A DNA stretch of 64,000 nucleotides from Planctomycetota bacterium (GTDB lineage Bacteria > Planctomycetota > UBA8108 > UBA1146). The stretch spans positions 333-64,332 of the forward strand of contig JAPKAM010000004.1 in NCBI GenBank assembly GCA_028825265.1. Reading direction: 5' to 3'. Below the pieces are notes generated by a model, which was not told the origin of the DNA, ran no database searches, and saw only the letters and a list, made by a program, of their open reading frames with translations. Below are positions 18,515 through 28,352 of this stretch, in pieces; position 1 is the stretch's first letter, and each line of letters begins with the position of its first letter. The translations under genes were made by a program, and so were the position numbers.

Positions 18515-20659
18515 ATGCGACCATCTAGAAGTCCCTGGAATCCCATTCCAAGCCCAAAGATGGAGACTCAATTGGACGTGCCAGAACGAGCACGAGGTGA
18601 GAGGCAGTCGAACTCTTCGGCGAGCCCTACCCGACTGGTCATCCGTGATATGGCGGGGGAACGCTATGTCACGCTCGATGGCGATACCATCTCGATCGGT
18701 CGCTCTCGCGATAACGACATAGAGGTGGGAGACATCTCATCTTCTCGTCAGCATTGCCAGATGAAGAGGATTCAGGGGCGCTGGCACATCGAGGACTTAC
18801 GTAGTCGAAATGGAACTCTCGTCAACGGGATCCTCATCCGCCGTCAACCCTTGATGGGGGGAGATCTGATCGAGATCGGCAAGACCCAGATCTTTTTTGG
18901 CGAAATTCCTGAACTGCATCGGGAGAATGCTCCAGCGGGAGAGACCCTGATACTCAGCACCGAGTACTTTCTCGAGCCGATCGCAGAAGAGGTCACCACC
19001 GAAGATCCGATTCGATTCCAGAAGGAACGAGAAATCTTCCTCCGATTACTCGAGTTGACCAGGGATCTCGGAGCCATCCTCGTGACAGAAGAATTGTTCG
19101 AAGTTATTCTTCAGAATATCATCGAGATTTCCGGAGCCGAGCGGGGATTCCTGATCATCGAGGATGATCAGGAATTACGGGTGGCTTCTTCTCGAAACAT
19201 CGACCGTGATGTGGTTCGAAGAGCTCATTTGCAGGTGAGCCAGTCTCTCACTCGAAGAGTGATCGATTCAGGTGAGCCGGTTCTGACTGGCGATGCTCGA
19301 AGTGATCCTCGTTTTCATGATTCTGCATCGATCGCAAATCTGCGGCTGGAATCGGTTCTGTGCGTGCCCCTCCGATTGCGCGGCAAGATTCTGGGGGCTG
19401 CATATGTCGATAATCGATTTGAAAAGCACTCCTTCCACCAGGGGACTCTCCGTTTCGTTCAGTTTCTTGCGGACCAAGCAGCGATCTATATCGAAAATGC
19501 CCGATTGTTCGAGGAACTGCAGCGTAAGCAGGAAGCGATCCAAACCTCCAAGGATCAGGTCGAGGCGCTGAACCGGGAACTACAGGCGATGTTGATCGCT
19601 CGCGACGTGGAACCCGAGGATGTCCGGGAATTGCTCAAGCGTGGAGCGCGACCTGATCTGAAGCACTCCTTTGATCGAATCGTGACTCGCTCTCCGGTCA
19701 TGATCCGGGTCTTCGAGTTGCTCGATCGCATCATCGATACCGACATGCCGGTGTTGATTCTTGGAGAAAGTGGAACCGGGAAGGAACTGGTGGCTCAGGC
19801 GATCCATGTTGGATCGGATCGAAGAAGTGACGCCTTTGTTTCCCAGAACTGCGCGGCGATCCCTGAGAACTTGCTGGAGAGCGAATTCTTTGGTCACGTC
19901 AAGGGCGCCTTTACCGGTGCTCATCGTGACAAGAAGGGTCTTTTCGAATTGGCCGACGGAGGGACTCTGTTCCTCGATGAGATCGGAGATATGAGTACAG
20001 ATCTTCAGGCGAAGTTACTTCGGGTACTCGAAGACGGGGAAATTCGTCCAGTTGGGTCTCGAGATACGATTCGCGTGAAAGTGAGAATCATCTCCGCCAC
20101 CAATCAGAAACTGGAAGAGATGGTTCGCAACGGTAAATTCCGTGAAGATCTCTACTACCGATTGAATGTGCTGACGGTTCAGTTGCCTGCACTGCGGGAA
20201 CGCCGCGAGGATATCCCTCTGCTGGTAGACCATTTCATCGATGAGGTTTGTTCCCGTCATGATCGGGAGCGCCCCAAGATGGATCCGAGAACTTTGTATG
20301 CGCTTTACCACAGCCCTTGGCCTGGAAATGTTCGACAACTGGAAAATGAAATAGAGCGACTGGTGGCACTCTCCGAAGGTGTCATCGTGCCAGAAACGAT
20401 TTCTCCATCGGTGTTGTCGCATGGCCCTACGGCCGGTTCGGGAAATCGGGAGCCGATGCGTGGCACACTTCGGGAACTGGTCGCTGAAGCGACCGAGGGG
20501 CTGGAACGGCAGGTCATCAGTGCGACCCTCGAGGAGAACTCATGGAACAAAAGCCAGACCGCCCGACAATTGGGAGTCTCCAGGCCAACACTGGATCAGA
20601 AGATCGAGAAGTATCAACTGAAGCGCAAATCAGAGACGGATGGGGAGAATCTAGCATGA
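18515..20659 (+). CDS. Sigma-54-dependent transcriptional activator with N-terminal FHA domain and GAF domain
   Basis: FHA (ISIGRSRDNDIEVGD...SRQHCQM...NGTLVNG), GAF, AAA+ (GESGTGKELVAQAIH, GAFTGA, ESEFFGH) and Fis-type HTH (QTARQLGVSRPTLDQKIEKY). The real start may be the internal M at 18560 or 18650. Confidence 0.8.
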   Translation: MRPSRSPWNPIPSPKMETQLDVPERARGERQSNSSASPTRLVIRDMAGERYVTLDGDTISIGRSRDNDIEVGDISSSRQHCQMKRIQGRWHIEDLRSRNGTLVNGILIRRQPLMGGDLIEIGKTQIFFGEIPELHRENAPAGETLILSTEYFLEPIAEEVTTEDPIRFQKEREIFLRLLELTRDLGAILVTEELFEVILQNIIEISGAERGFLIIEDDQELRVASSRNIDRDVVRRAHLQVSQSLTRRVIDSGEPVLTGDARSDPRFHDSASIANLRLESVLCVPLRLRGKILGAAYVDNRFEKHSFHQGTLRFVQFLADQAAIYIENARLFEELQRKQEAIQTSKDQVEALNRELQAMLIARDVEPEDVRELLKRGARPDLKHSFDRIVTRSPVMIRVFELLDRIIDTDMPVLILGESGTGKELVAQAIHVGSDRRSDAFVSQNCAAIPENLLESEFFGHVKGAFTGAHRDKKGLFELADGGTLFLDEIGDMSTDLQAKLLRVLEDGEIRPVGSRDTIRVKVRIISATNQKLEEMVRNGKFREDLYYRLNVLTVQLPALRERREDIPLLVDHFIDEVCSRHDRERPKMDPRTLYALYHSPWPGNVRQLENEIERLVALSEGVIVPETISPSVLSHGPTAGSGNREPMRGTLRELVAEATEGLERQVISATLEENSWNKSQTARQLGVSRPTLDQKIEKYQLKRKSETDGENLA

Positions 20660-23217
20660 GTGGCAGGATTCGCGTGAAGGACCTCGGTCGCAAGACTATC
20701 GTCAACATTTCAGATCAACCGATCACTGTCGGCCGGGACCCCGATTCCCGCATCGTGATCGGCGATCGAGCGGCTTCTCGTAAACATGGAGTGTTTAGTT
20801 GGGAAGGGAGTGACTTTGTCTATCAAGATCTCTCCTCATCCAATGGAAGTGTCCTGGCGGGAAAGAAGATCGATAAGGTGTCGCTGTCTCATGGAGACTG
20901 CATCTACATCGGAGATGCGGAGTTCCAATTGGAACTGTTGGACGGGGCCCCTCTCGATGACGAGACCGATCGAACGCCGATCGATGGTGTTGTTTCCTCA
21001 CGAGGGAACGATGCACCTACTGGCCCTGGCCTAGTTTATCAACATGAAGGTACCGATCAGTGGGTCCAGGCGGTCGGAAGGATCGTTGTCGGTCGCTCCG
21101 AGGAAGCCGATGTGACCCTAAATGACGGTCGAGTGTCATCCAAGCACGCCGTCATGCTCGAACAAGATGGATGCTGGTACATGGCCGATCTTGGCTCCGG
21201 AAACGGCATTGTGGTGGGACAAACAAAGGTCAAGAAACTTGAACTCACCGATGGTGTTCAGTTTCGAATTGGTTCCACGGAGTTCAAGGCGAGAGGCTTC
21301 TTGAACCGGGCACAACCCTCCAGGGATGGCGGGACAGCCGCTTCGATCTCGACTCGGTCTGTCGCGAATCGGGCTGTCTCGAATCGATCTTCTGCGAATC
21401 GGCCTGTCGCGAATCCAGCGGCGGAGATGACGGTGGGGCGAAGTACCCGGGTCGATGTCGGTTCGGAGGGTTCCCAGGGTCTCTTTACCATCGCCTTCAT
21501 CTTGGTACTGGGGGTGGTGCTCTACTCCGGTTACGGCTGGCTTCAAGACCTCGCGAGTAATCCTGACCTGGTGGTCCCGGAGGGGGATCGACTCTCCGGT
21601 GCTGGTCATTTTGAACTGGTTCCCCCTGGGCCGCTCGATGATGGTCCGTGGCGCTGGATCAGTGGTGAGGGTTCACTCGTTGTCGAGCGAGGGGAAGCGG
21701 CTCCCCACGGCCAGCAATGGCTCTCTTGTCGCGGCTCCTCCGATCCACGAGGTGTCATGCGACTCGAATATGACACCGTTTTCGAGGTGCAACAGGGACA
21801 AGGGTTACGCCTTAGTGCACGGCTCCAGAATACAGGATTCGATCGAATCGGACTGTCCGTCCGCTGGATTGAATCACGCGATGAGGGCGATCGAATTGTC
21901 GATGAGCAATTCTCTTCCTTGAAATCATCTTCCAACTGGAGTGGTCATGCTGCCGAGTTTGCCCCTCCGGTGGCGGGCAAGGGAGGTTCTGCAAGAGTCT
22001 CCGTGGTTGCATTGGGTCAAGGCAGAGAAATCCAGGTGGATCAAATGGTGATTCGCACAGTCGAAGCGCAGCGAGATCAACTGATTCATATCACCGCAGG
22101 AGATGCCGAACAGAAGATGGATCTTGCCATCGACGCCTCGGGAGTCGGCAAGTTGGTGCGCGGGCGGCAGGAGCTGATTTCAGATTTGCGGATCGCGATC
22201 GGTCCTCCAAGGAGCATGCCCTGGGGCCAACTTTTACCGATTCGCCGTGAGCAAATCGTCAGCGGCGATGATGGTTCCATCCGGCTTGGCTTCGAACTCG
22301 ATGAACAAGGACAAGGAAAAGTAGCGATTCAGCAGTTTGCCCGTTCGATCGGCTGGAAGATTGCTGCCAGTTGGACTCCGCAACGACCCACTCCGATGAT
22401 CCTGGTGGGAAGGGTGCCGATCCGAAGGGGTTCTTCACCGGTGCAAGTTTTTGCCGGCAGTAAATCCGTCGCAGTGGCGGATCGTTGGACCGATCTTGAG
22501 CCCTGTTCCGGGACAGAGATCTCGATTGGAATCGGTAACGATCAGATGGTTGCGACCTTTCAGCAGCCGATGATGTTCTCAGTGATCCCCGGTCAGGACG
22601 GTCGAGGTGCACTGTTGGTGGCCGATGCTGGAATCGTCATCGCTGGAGGTTCTCTCGATGTTTCATTCTCCGCCAGTAGCGAGCGCGAGCAATCCCGGGT
22701 GCTGGAGGCTCTCGCCGAGGTGAACCGAACGCTGGACGCGAGATCTGAGGGAGAGGCGGCTCAACTGATCCGACTGGCCCGAGCCGATTTCCCTTGGAGA
22801 GTGGACTTGGCCCGCAAACTGGACCTGATCGAAGAACGCATCGAGGTCGAAGTCGACGCTGCGCTGGGCCAGATCGCTGCCGTACTCGAAGATTCGAGGA
22901 AGTATCCAGGATCCTCAACCAGCATGTATTTGGAGAGAATTTGTCGCGAGGCGGTTGGTAGATTTGTCGGACTAGATCCCGCCCAGGAGTCGCAGCAGAT
23001 CCTGGATCAGCGCAAGAGTGCCAGTCAAAACGCAAATGACCGGATGGCCGTGGGGAAAGTCGAACTACTGCTGGCTCGTGGGCGATCCGCTCTAGGGAAA
23101 CATCGTTTCGAGATCGCTCGCTTCTACTTCCGCATGCTACTGGATCAGTATCCAGAATCTCCCGGTGCGGCGATCGCGGCTCAGGAATTAAAACTCATCA
23201 CTGCGAGGGGGGACTGA
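20656..23217 (+). CDS. Membrane protein with two N-terminal FHA domains and a large periplasmic domain
   Basis: FHA1 (ITVGRDPDSRIVIGD...SRKHGVF...SSNGSVLAG) and FHA2 (IVVGRSEEADVTLND...SSKHAVM...GSGNGIVVG). One TM helix (LFTIAFILVLGVVLYSGYGWL), then ~570 periplasmic aa. ATGA overlap with the upstream activator; the ORF track starts it earlier, at 20542. Confidence 0.65.
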   Translation: MSGRIRVKDLGRKTIVNISDQPITVGRDPDSRIVIGDRAASRKHGVFSWEGSDFVYQDLSSSNGSVLAGKKIDKVSLSHGDCIYIGDAEFQLELLDGAPLDDETDRTPIDGVVSSRGNDAPTGPGLVYQHEGTDQWVQAVGRIVVGRSEEADVTLNDGRVSSKHAVMLEQDGCWYMADLGSGNGIVVGQTKVKKLELTDGVQFRIGSTEFKARGFLNRAQPSRDGGTAASISTRSVANRAVSNRSSANRPVANPAAEMTVGRSTRVDVGSEGSQGLFTIAFILVLGVVLYSGYGWLQDLASNPDLVVPEGDRLSGAGHFELVPPGPLDDGPWRWISGEGSLVVERGEAAPHGQQWLSCRGSSDPRGVMRLEYDTVFEVQQGQGLRLSARLQNTGFDRIGLSVRWIESRDEGDRIVDEQFSSLKSSSNWSGHAAEFAPPVAGKGGSARVSVVALGQGREIQVDQMVIRTVEAQRDQLIHITAGDAEQKMDLAIDASGVGKLVRGRQELISDLRIAIGPPRSMPWGQLLPIRREQIVSGDDGSIRLGFELDEQGQGKVAIQQFARSIGWKIAASWTPQRPTPMILVGRVPIRRGSSPVQVFAGSKSVAVADRWTDLEPCSGTEISIGIGNDQMVATFQQPMMFSVIPGQDGRGALLVADAGIVIAGGSLDVSFSASSEREQSRVLEALAEVNRTLDARSEGEAAQLIRLARADFPWRVDLARKLDLIEERIEVEVDAALGQIAAVLEDSRKYPGSSTSMYLERICREAVGRFVGLDPAQESQQILDQRKSASQNANDRMAVGKVELLLARGRSALGKHRFEIARFYFRMLLDQYPESPGAAIAAQELKLITARGD

Positions 23218-24836
23218 TGGCTTACAAGGGACAGGTCACTGTTCTCGAGTTGAAGTCCCACCGCTGGCGTGCAGTCCATGTGCGTGGAATCGGGCATACC
23301 GTTGAGGTGGTCTCGGTTAACGAGGTGGAATCCCCCGCAGATGAAGACATCGGGGCATGGGTCAAGGAACTGACGACCAGAAAATTTCCGACCGGAAACA
23401 TTGTACTTCTGCTCGATGGAGAGAGTTCATCACTTCGCTACCATAGCGTGCCTCCGGTACCTTCCTGGCGGCTCGACCTGATCCTTCATTACGAGATCGA
23501 GGAGATCGCAGAAAAGACTGGTGATGCCCTCTCCGGGGGGCACATCGAACTGCTGGTTCCGGAGAGCCTATCCGAGGACACCTTGTTGCTGCTTGGGGTC
23601 GGGAAAGACTCGGTGATCCAGCCCCTCATCGACCAAATCCGGGAGGGCCATGGACAAGTGAAGTTGGCCTTGCCTTCTGCGATCGGAACTTTCCACGGAC
23701 ATCTCGCCAGTCACGGACCTGAGAGCGAAGATCAGACGGTCTTGCTGTGCGATGTGCAGGAGACTGAAACACAGGTGCTCGTGGTTCGGGAAAACCGATT
23801 ACTTTTTGCTCGAAGTGTCGGATTTGGTCTTCAAGGAATGGTCGATCTGGTCACCGAACGAACATCGGTTTCTGAAGCGAAAGCACGTCAGATGATCGCC
23901 GCATTCGTTTCGGGAGATCTGATCGATGGAGAAGAAGCGATGGTCGGCTGTCACCGCGGCTGGACCAGTCAGTTGGGGCAAATGCTCACGTCTTCTCTCT
24001 CCTTCTGTAAAGCTCAGCTGAAGATTGACGATGTCATCGCAGATCGAGTACTACTTTCGGGTATCGGAGCAGAGCTCGTAAGTCGATGCGATCAGCTCCG
24101 TCGATTGATGGATAAAGATCTAGAGGTGGTCTCCTTCGCGGGAACCGCTGGATCGCAGTGGACTCTGAATATAGGGACTGCAGCAGCAGCCCTCGATTCC
24201 GACGATCGAATTGTCGATCTGCTGCCCACTGCCGAGCGCAAGCGCAGAACGTTTCGAGACCACACACGCTTTTTGTGGGCCGGTGTTGCTGCGTTGGTTT
24301 TGGCCGTCGGATTGCAGGCGATGGATGTGTCTGTTTCTGCCGCACGCGCTACCGGTGCATCCCAAACGATTCGTCAGTGGCGCGGCGATATTTCCAACTG
24401 GCGGTCGGCAGAAGAAGATGCTCGAAAAAGTAACGATGTGTTCCGGAAAAGGGAGACCAGGATCATCCAGGAGATCGAGACGGGGAAGTTTTACTCGAAG
24501 ATCCTCGACCGACTTCGGCAGGATCTTCCCTCCGAAATCTCACTGGAGCAGATCAGCCTTCGCAGGGTTGTCGGCGATTCAGAGATCGGTATCGAGATCG
24601 AACTGATCGGCCAGGCGGACAATTCTCGACGTAATGGCCTCGAAGCCATCGAGACGTTGCAGGGTAACCTCGAGGGTATTCCTGGTGTTGAACGGGTTCG
24701 TTCCACACCTGAAGACCAGAAATCAGGCGCCTATCCATTCAGTATCTTGGTTTCTCCGGATGAAAAGTTGCCGGAGAAGAGTAACCGGGGTCCTGGCAAC
24801 CGTCGTAGGAAGTCACCGTTCGGGGGGAGAGGATGA
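23217..24836 (+). CDS. GspL-like / PilM-PilN fusion-like inner-membrane assembly protein
   Basis: Cytoplasmic actin-like segment (LLCDVQETETQVLVV...FARSVGFG...RVLLSGIGAEL), single TM helix (FLWAGVAALVLAVGLQAM) and a periplasmic coiled-coil domain. TGATG overlap with the upstream gene. Confidence 0.4.
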   Translation: MAYKGQVTVLELKSHRWRAVHVRGIGHTVEVVSVNEVESPADEDIGAWVKELTTRKFPTGNIVLLLDGESSSLRYHSVPPVPSWRLDLILHYEIEEIAEKTGDALSGGHIELLVPESLSEDTLLLLGVGKDSVIQPLIDQIREGHGQVKLALPSAIGTFHGHLASHGPESEDQTVLLCDVQETETQVLVVRENRLLFARSVGFGLQGMVDLVTERTSVSEAKARQMIAAFVSGDLIDGEEAMVGCHRGWTSQLGQMLTSSLSFCKAQLKIDDVIADRVLLSGIGAELVSRCDQLRRLMDKDLEVVSFAGTAGSQWTLNIGTAAAALDSDDRIVDLLPTAERKRRTFRDHTRFLWAGVAALVLAVGLQAMDVSVSAARATGASQTIRQWRGDISNWRSAEEDARKSNDVFRKRETRIIQEIETGKFYSKILDRLRQDLPSEISLEQISLRRVVGDSEIGIEIELIGQADNSRRNGLEAIETLQGNLEGIPGVERVRSTPEDQKSGAYPFSILVSPDEKLPEKSNRGPGNRRRKSPFGGRG

Positions 24837-25639
24837 TCCAGGAAATCTGGCAAAAAAACCGCAAGGTTTTGATTCAGGTGCTTTCAGCACTGGCGATTTT
24901 TCTGGTCGCTACTAATGTCACTAGCAGTTATCGAGCCGACCATGAAAAAAACCTGATTCGACATGAAGAGGACGCCCAACTGGTCGCACAGGATCTCGAG
25001 GGGCTCGAAGGTGTGGTCGATGTGGAGAGAAAATCTCGGACCGCCCTTGAGGATCGGAATCTGGATCTCCTTAAGAAACTGGGGATCTCTTTTTCAGCAA
25101 TTCATCAACCATCGGTGGATGAGGCATCTGTCAGTACTGATTTCAAGAGAGCCAAGGACCTGGTCTGGAACAACTTCAGGGACCAGGCCAATCGAGCTGG
25201 AATGGTGACTCCCGCCGAGATTCCGAATTTTGATGAGCGTTCTGATCTGTCATTGCTGGAATGGGCCGATCGGTATCGACTGCTGGAAGTTCTCGATCGA
25301 TTCACCAGGGTCTGCCTTCAAACCGGGGTTGCGCGCCTTGATGATGTGATCCCTGCGAAACGGCTGCAGGAGGCATTAGAAGATCCTAACAAGGTGCTCG
25401 CTCGTTATCCGCTCCACGTCAAGATGCTCTGCAAGCCCGAGCAATTGGTGGAGATGCTGCTTCGTTTTCAGCGCGACGGCGGATTCCTGTCACTAGAGCC
25501 GACAAGGGTGACCCAGGAAAAGTCCGGCGGTGAGAAAATCGAAGTGGATTTACTAGTTGTTGGAATTGACATGGAAGACCCTCGAGTCGACAGCGGCTCG
25601 ACTCGTCGGGGATCCGACCGTTCGAGGAGGGGATTCTGA
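24833..25639 (+). CDS. Bitopic membrane protein, GspM/PilO-like by architecture
   Basis: N-terminal TM helix (VLIQVLSALAIFLVATNV) plus a periplasmic domain. ATGA-coupled within the operon. Confidence 0.35.
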   Translation: MIQEIWQKNRKVLIQVLSALAIFLVATNVTSSYRADHEKNLIRHEEDAQLVAQDLEGLEGVVDVERKSRTALEDRNLDLLKKLGISFSAIHQPSVDEASVSTDFKRAKDLVWNNFRDQANRAGMVTPAEIPNFDERSDLSLLEWADRYRLLEVLDRFTRVCLQTGVARLDDVIPAKRLQEALEDPNKVLARYPLHVKMLCKPEQLVEMLLRFQRDGGFLSLEPTRVTQEKSGGEKIEVDLLVVGIDMEDPRVDSGSTRRGSDRSRRGF

Positions 25640-26025
25640 TGCGCTGGAACATCGAAAAGGGATTCTGTGTTATCTGCCTCGGGTTTTTACTCCTGAGTGT
25701 TCTGGGGCTAGCTAAAACCTACATCCTGGAAGATCCACTGGCGGGGGTCGATCTCAGGGTCCCTGAATCCAGTGATGGGGGAACTGTCGGAGGGCTGGTG
25801 AGGCTGGAGTGGTATGAACCGGCTCCCATAGAAATGGCCAGAAATCCATTCTCCAGTGTCAGCGAATGGAAAACTGCTCCAACAGATTTGTTGGGCGTGC
25901 CGCCCCTCAGTCCCGTACTACGCAGGGTACCGCTGCCGGCACTGGTGTCTGGCGACCCCAGGACCCGCCTTCGTGCCGAACTGGCGACTCCCGTAGCGGT
26001 CGAAGATGAGAAGGAGTCTCAATGA
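25639..26025 (+). CDS. Small bitopic membrane protein (GspC/PilP-like position)
   Basis: TM helix (FCVICLGFLLLSVLGLA) and a Pro-rich periplasmic tail. Translationally coupled at both ends. Confidence 0.3.
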   Translation: MRWNIEKGFCVICLGFLLLSVLGLAKTYILEDPLAGVDLRVPESSDGGTVGGLVRLEWYEPAPIEMARNPFSSVSEWKTAPTDLLGVPPLSPVLRRVPLPALVSGDPRTRLRAELATPVAVEDEKESQ

Positions 26026-28352
26026 CGAAGTGGTTCAGTTGCCTGCTCTTCATCGCCTTTCTACTGTTCCCACGGGCAGTTCTTGAAGGTCAAACGGCCA
26101 TCGATCTAGAGATCCGTGCCTACGATGTCATCGAATTGAATAATGGAAATCAGTTCGAGGGCAGGATCATCGCAGAGTTATCGAATTTGATTCAATTTGA
26201 AACTGCGGCGGGAAAAGTCACCTTCCCTCTTTCAGATGTCCGTAACATCTTCTACAGAAATCCTCCCGAAAAGGTCTACCAGACTCGGCTGCAGGATGGA
26301 TTTGATGAGTCTTCAGCTGCCGAGCAATTTGAAATCGGCAGATGGTGCCTGGATCCAGCAGTCGGACTGCTGGAGCAAGCCGTGAATCACCTGGAGATGG
26401 CCGTCCAACTCGATCCGACATCGGCGGCTCCTTACCAGCTGTTGATCCCCATCTACCAGCAAGACGATGCTCGCCAATTCCAGTCCACTGATCATGAAAT
26501 GACTGCCGATGTGGCGATGACGCAGACACTTCTGAAGGGTGTTCGTGCCAACATCGAGATCGAAGGTCTCTTCGAACTCACGGTCACCCAACTGATCCAG
26601 ATCGGCGAATCAGAAGCGGCCGTGTTGCTGTTGATGCGCCAGAGTGAAGGTGACGTCACGATTCCTTCCGTCGCGGCGGCGCTGAAAAAATTGGTGGTAC
26701 TTCTCGATGCACTGGGTCGTAGTGAAGAGTCGAGACAGGCCGCCAGTCGACTTCGCAAAGGCGGTGGTGGAAGCGATGTCGAGGTCTTGCAGCGAGAAAT
26801 TCGATGGGCGGTCCTCGACTATGCCGCTGGATCGCTGGATTCACGCGATGCGATCGAACAGTTGTTCGATGATCTGATCGCCGCGGGTGGTGCGGATGGG
26901 CAGAGTTATCTCTATCGTGGTACGGCTCGGTTACTCGACGATCAACTAGTACTGGCGCAAGACGACTTCAAGAAGGCTTTTCGGGCCGGAAGTGTCGATG
27001 CCATTGCTGCCACCACTTTTGCCCTCTCCTTCGCCAGGATGGGCGATTTCGACAAAGCACTAGGACTACTGGGGCCCGCTTCCGAGGGGGACCAGGTCAA
27101 CGTGGATTGGCGACTCGTGGAAGCCTACGTACTGGAATCTCAGGGAGAATCCAGGGCTGCGGTAGATCTCTATCAGGAGGCGACCGAGCAGGCTGAGGCC
27201 ACCTGGCAATCACGCCTGTTAAGCATCGAAGCGAGGCGGAGGCTAGATCCGAACTGGGATCCGACTTCGGATGTTGAAAAGGTCATGCGACACGACGTGC
27301 TGTCCTCCGCTGCTTTTGCCGAATGCGCACTGGTGCTGGGAGACCATGCTCTTTCACGAGGAAAACAGGCGGAAGCCAGACGTTGGTTGGAATACGCCGT
27401 TGCCAGTGGGCTCGACGGTTCTGATGTGATGCTTCGCCTCGGTCTCGCACAACGCGGACCGGGTGGTGATCCGAAGAGAGCGCGAGATGCACTGACTCTG
27501 GTGACGATAGATCAGCCAAAGAACCCCGACGGTTGGAATGCTCTGGCGGAGTTCCTCCATTCCAATGGTGAACTCGAAGACGCTCGTTTAGCCCTGCGGA
27601 AGTCGCTGGACCTGTTCCCTGAAAAGATGCGAGATAACTGGGCGCCCGATGCGCCGGCTCCTTTGCGCTGGGCACTGCGCGCTCAGCGACGAATCAATCG
27701 GACCCTTTCAGAAGAGTACTGGTACGATGATTTTGATCGAGCAAATGACTCTTCACTACAGAATAACTGGCGTGAAGAAGAAGCCTTTGGTGTCTCCGTT
27801 TCTCTCAAGGATGGCATGGCGATCATCGAAGGAGTCCAGAAACATCAACCGGACCGCTTGACCTCGATGAAACGTGAAATCCTGACTTCTCGTCTGACAG
27901 GATTTCGGTCGACACTTCGGTTATTGGCTGCTGGCACTGGCACGCGGATTGCATTTCGTGTGGAAGACCAATCGGGTGGTGGGCTGATCTTCTTCCGAGA
28001 TCCCGATGGTGTCCTTGGTTTCGCCCTTCTCGGGGGGAAAGAGATCAAGATGGTTCGCAGCGACGATGCCGAACAGGGGGAGGACTTTGGTTTGATTGAA
28101 ACCATCTGGTCGCCGGACGATCGTGCTCACCAGTTGGAAATCATTTTCACGCGGGAAGGCAAGGAGGGCGCCGAGTTGTGGTTTGACGGCATCCTTGTGG
28201 CGCGGGAAATTCCATATCGACCGGCCAGGAAGGCTGGCTTGACGGCTGGTTTTTCCGGTCAGGCTCCTCTCGATGAAAAATATCATCTGGCCATCGAGGA
28301 GTTCGAGGTGTTTCGCCGAAAGGCGGTCTCAATCAGGGAGCAGGAGTACTAG
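26022..28352 (+). CDS. Secreted TPR-repeat protein with C-terminal beta-rich domain
   Basis: Signal peptide (WFSCLLFIAFLLFPRAVLEG), multiple TPR-like helical repeats and a ~200-aa non-TPR C-terminal domain. Coupled within the operon. Confidence 0.5.
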   Translation: MTKWFSCLLFIAFLLFPRAVLEGQTAIDLEIRAYDVIELNNGNQFEGRIIAELSNLIQFETAAGKVTFPLSDVRNIFYRNPPEKVYQTRLQDGFDESSAAEQFEIGRWCLDPAVGLLEQAVNHLEMAVQLDPTSAAPYQLLIPIYQQDDARQFQSTDHEMTADVAMTQTLLKGVRANIEIEGLFELTVTQLIQIGESEAAVLLLMRQSEGDVTIPSVAAALKKLVVLLDALGRSEESRQAASRLRKGGGGSDVEVLQREIRWAVLDYAAGSLDSRDAIEQLFDDLIAAGGADGQSYLYRGTARLLDDQLVLAQDDFKKAFRAGSVDAIAATTFALSFARMGDFDKALGLLGPASEGDQVNVDWRLVEAYVLESQGESRAAVDLYQEATEQAEATWQSRLLSIEARRRLDPNWDPTSDVEKVMRHDVLSSAAFAECALVLGDHALSRGKQAEARRWLEYAVASGLDGSDVMLRLGLAQRGPGGDPKRARDALTLVTIDQPKNPDGWNALAEFLHSNGELEDARLALRKSLDLFPEKMRDNWAPDAPAPLRWALRAQRRINRTLSEEYWYDDFDRANDSSLQNNWREEEAFGVSVSLKDGMAIIEGVQKHQPDRLTSMKREILTSRLTGFRSTLRLLAAGTGTRIAFRVEDQSGGGLIFFRDPDGVLGFALLGGKEIKMVRSDDAEQGEDFGLIETIWSPDDRAHQLEIIFTREGKEGAELWFDGILVAREIPYRPARKAGLTAGFSGQAPLDEKYHLAIEEFEVFRRKAVSIREQEY

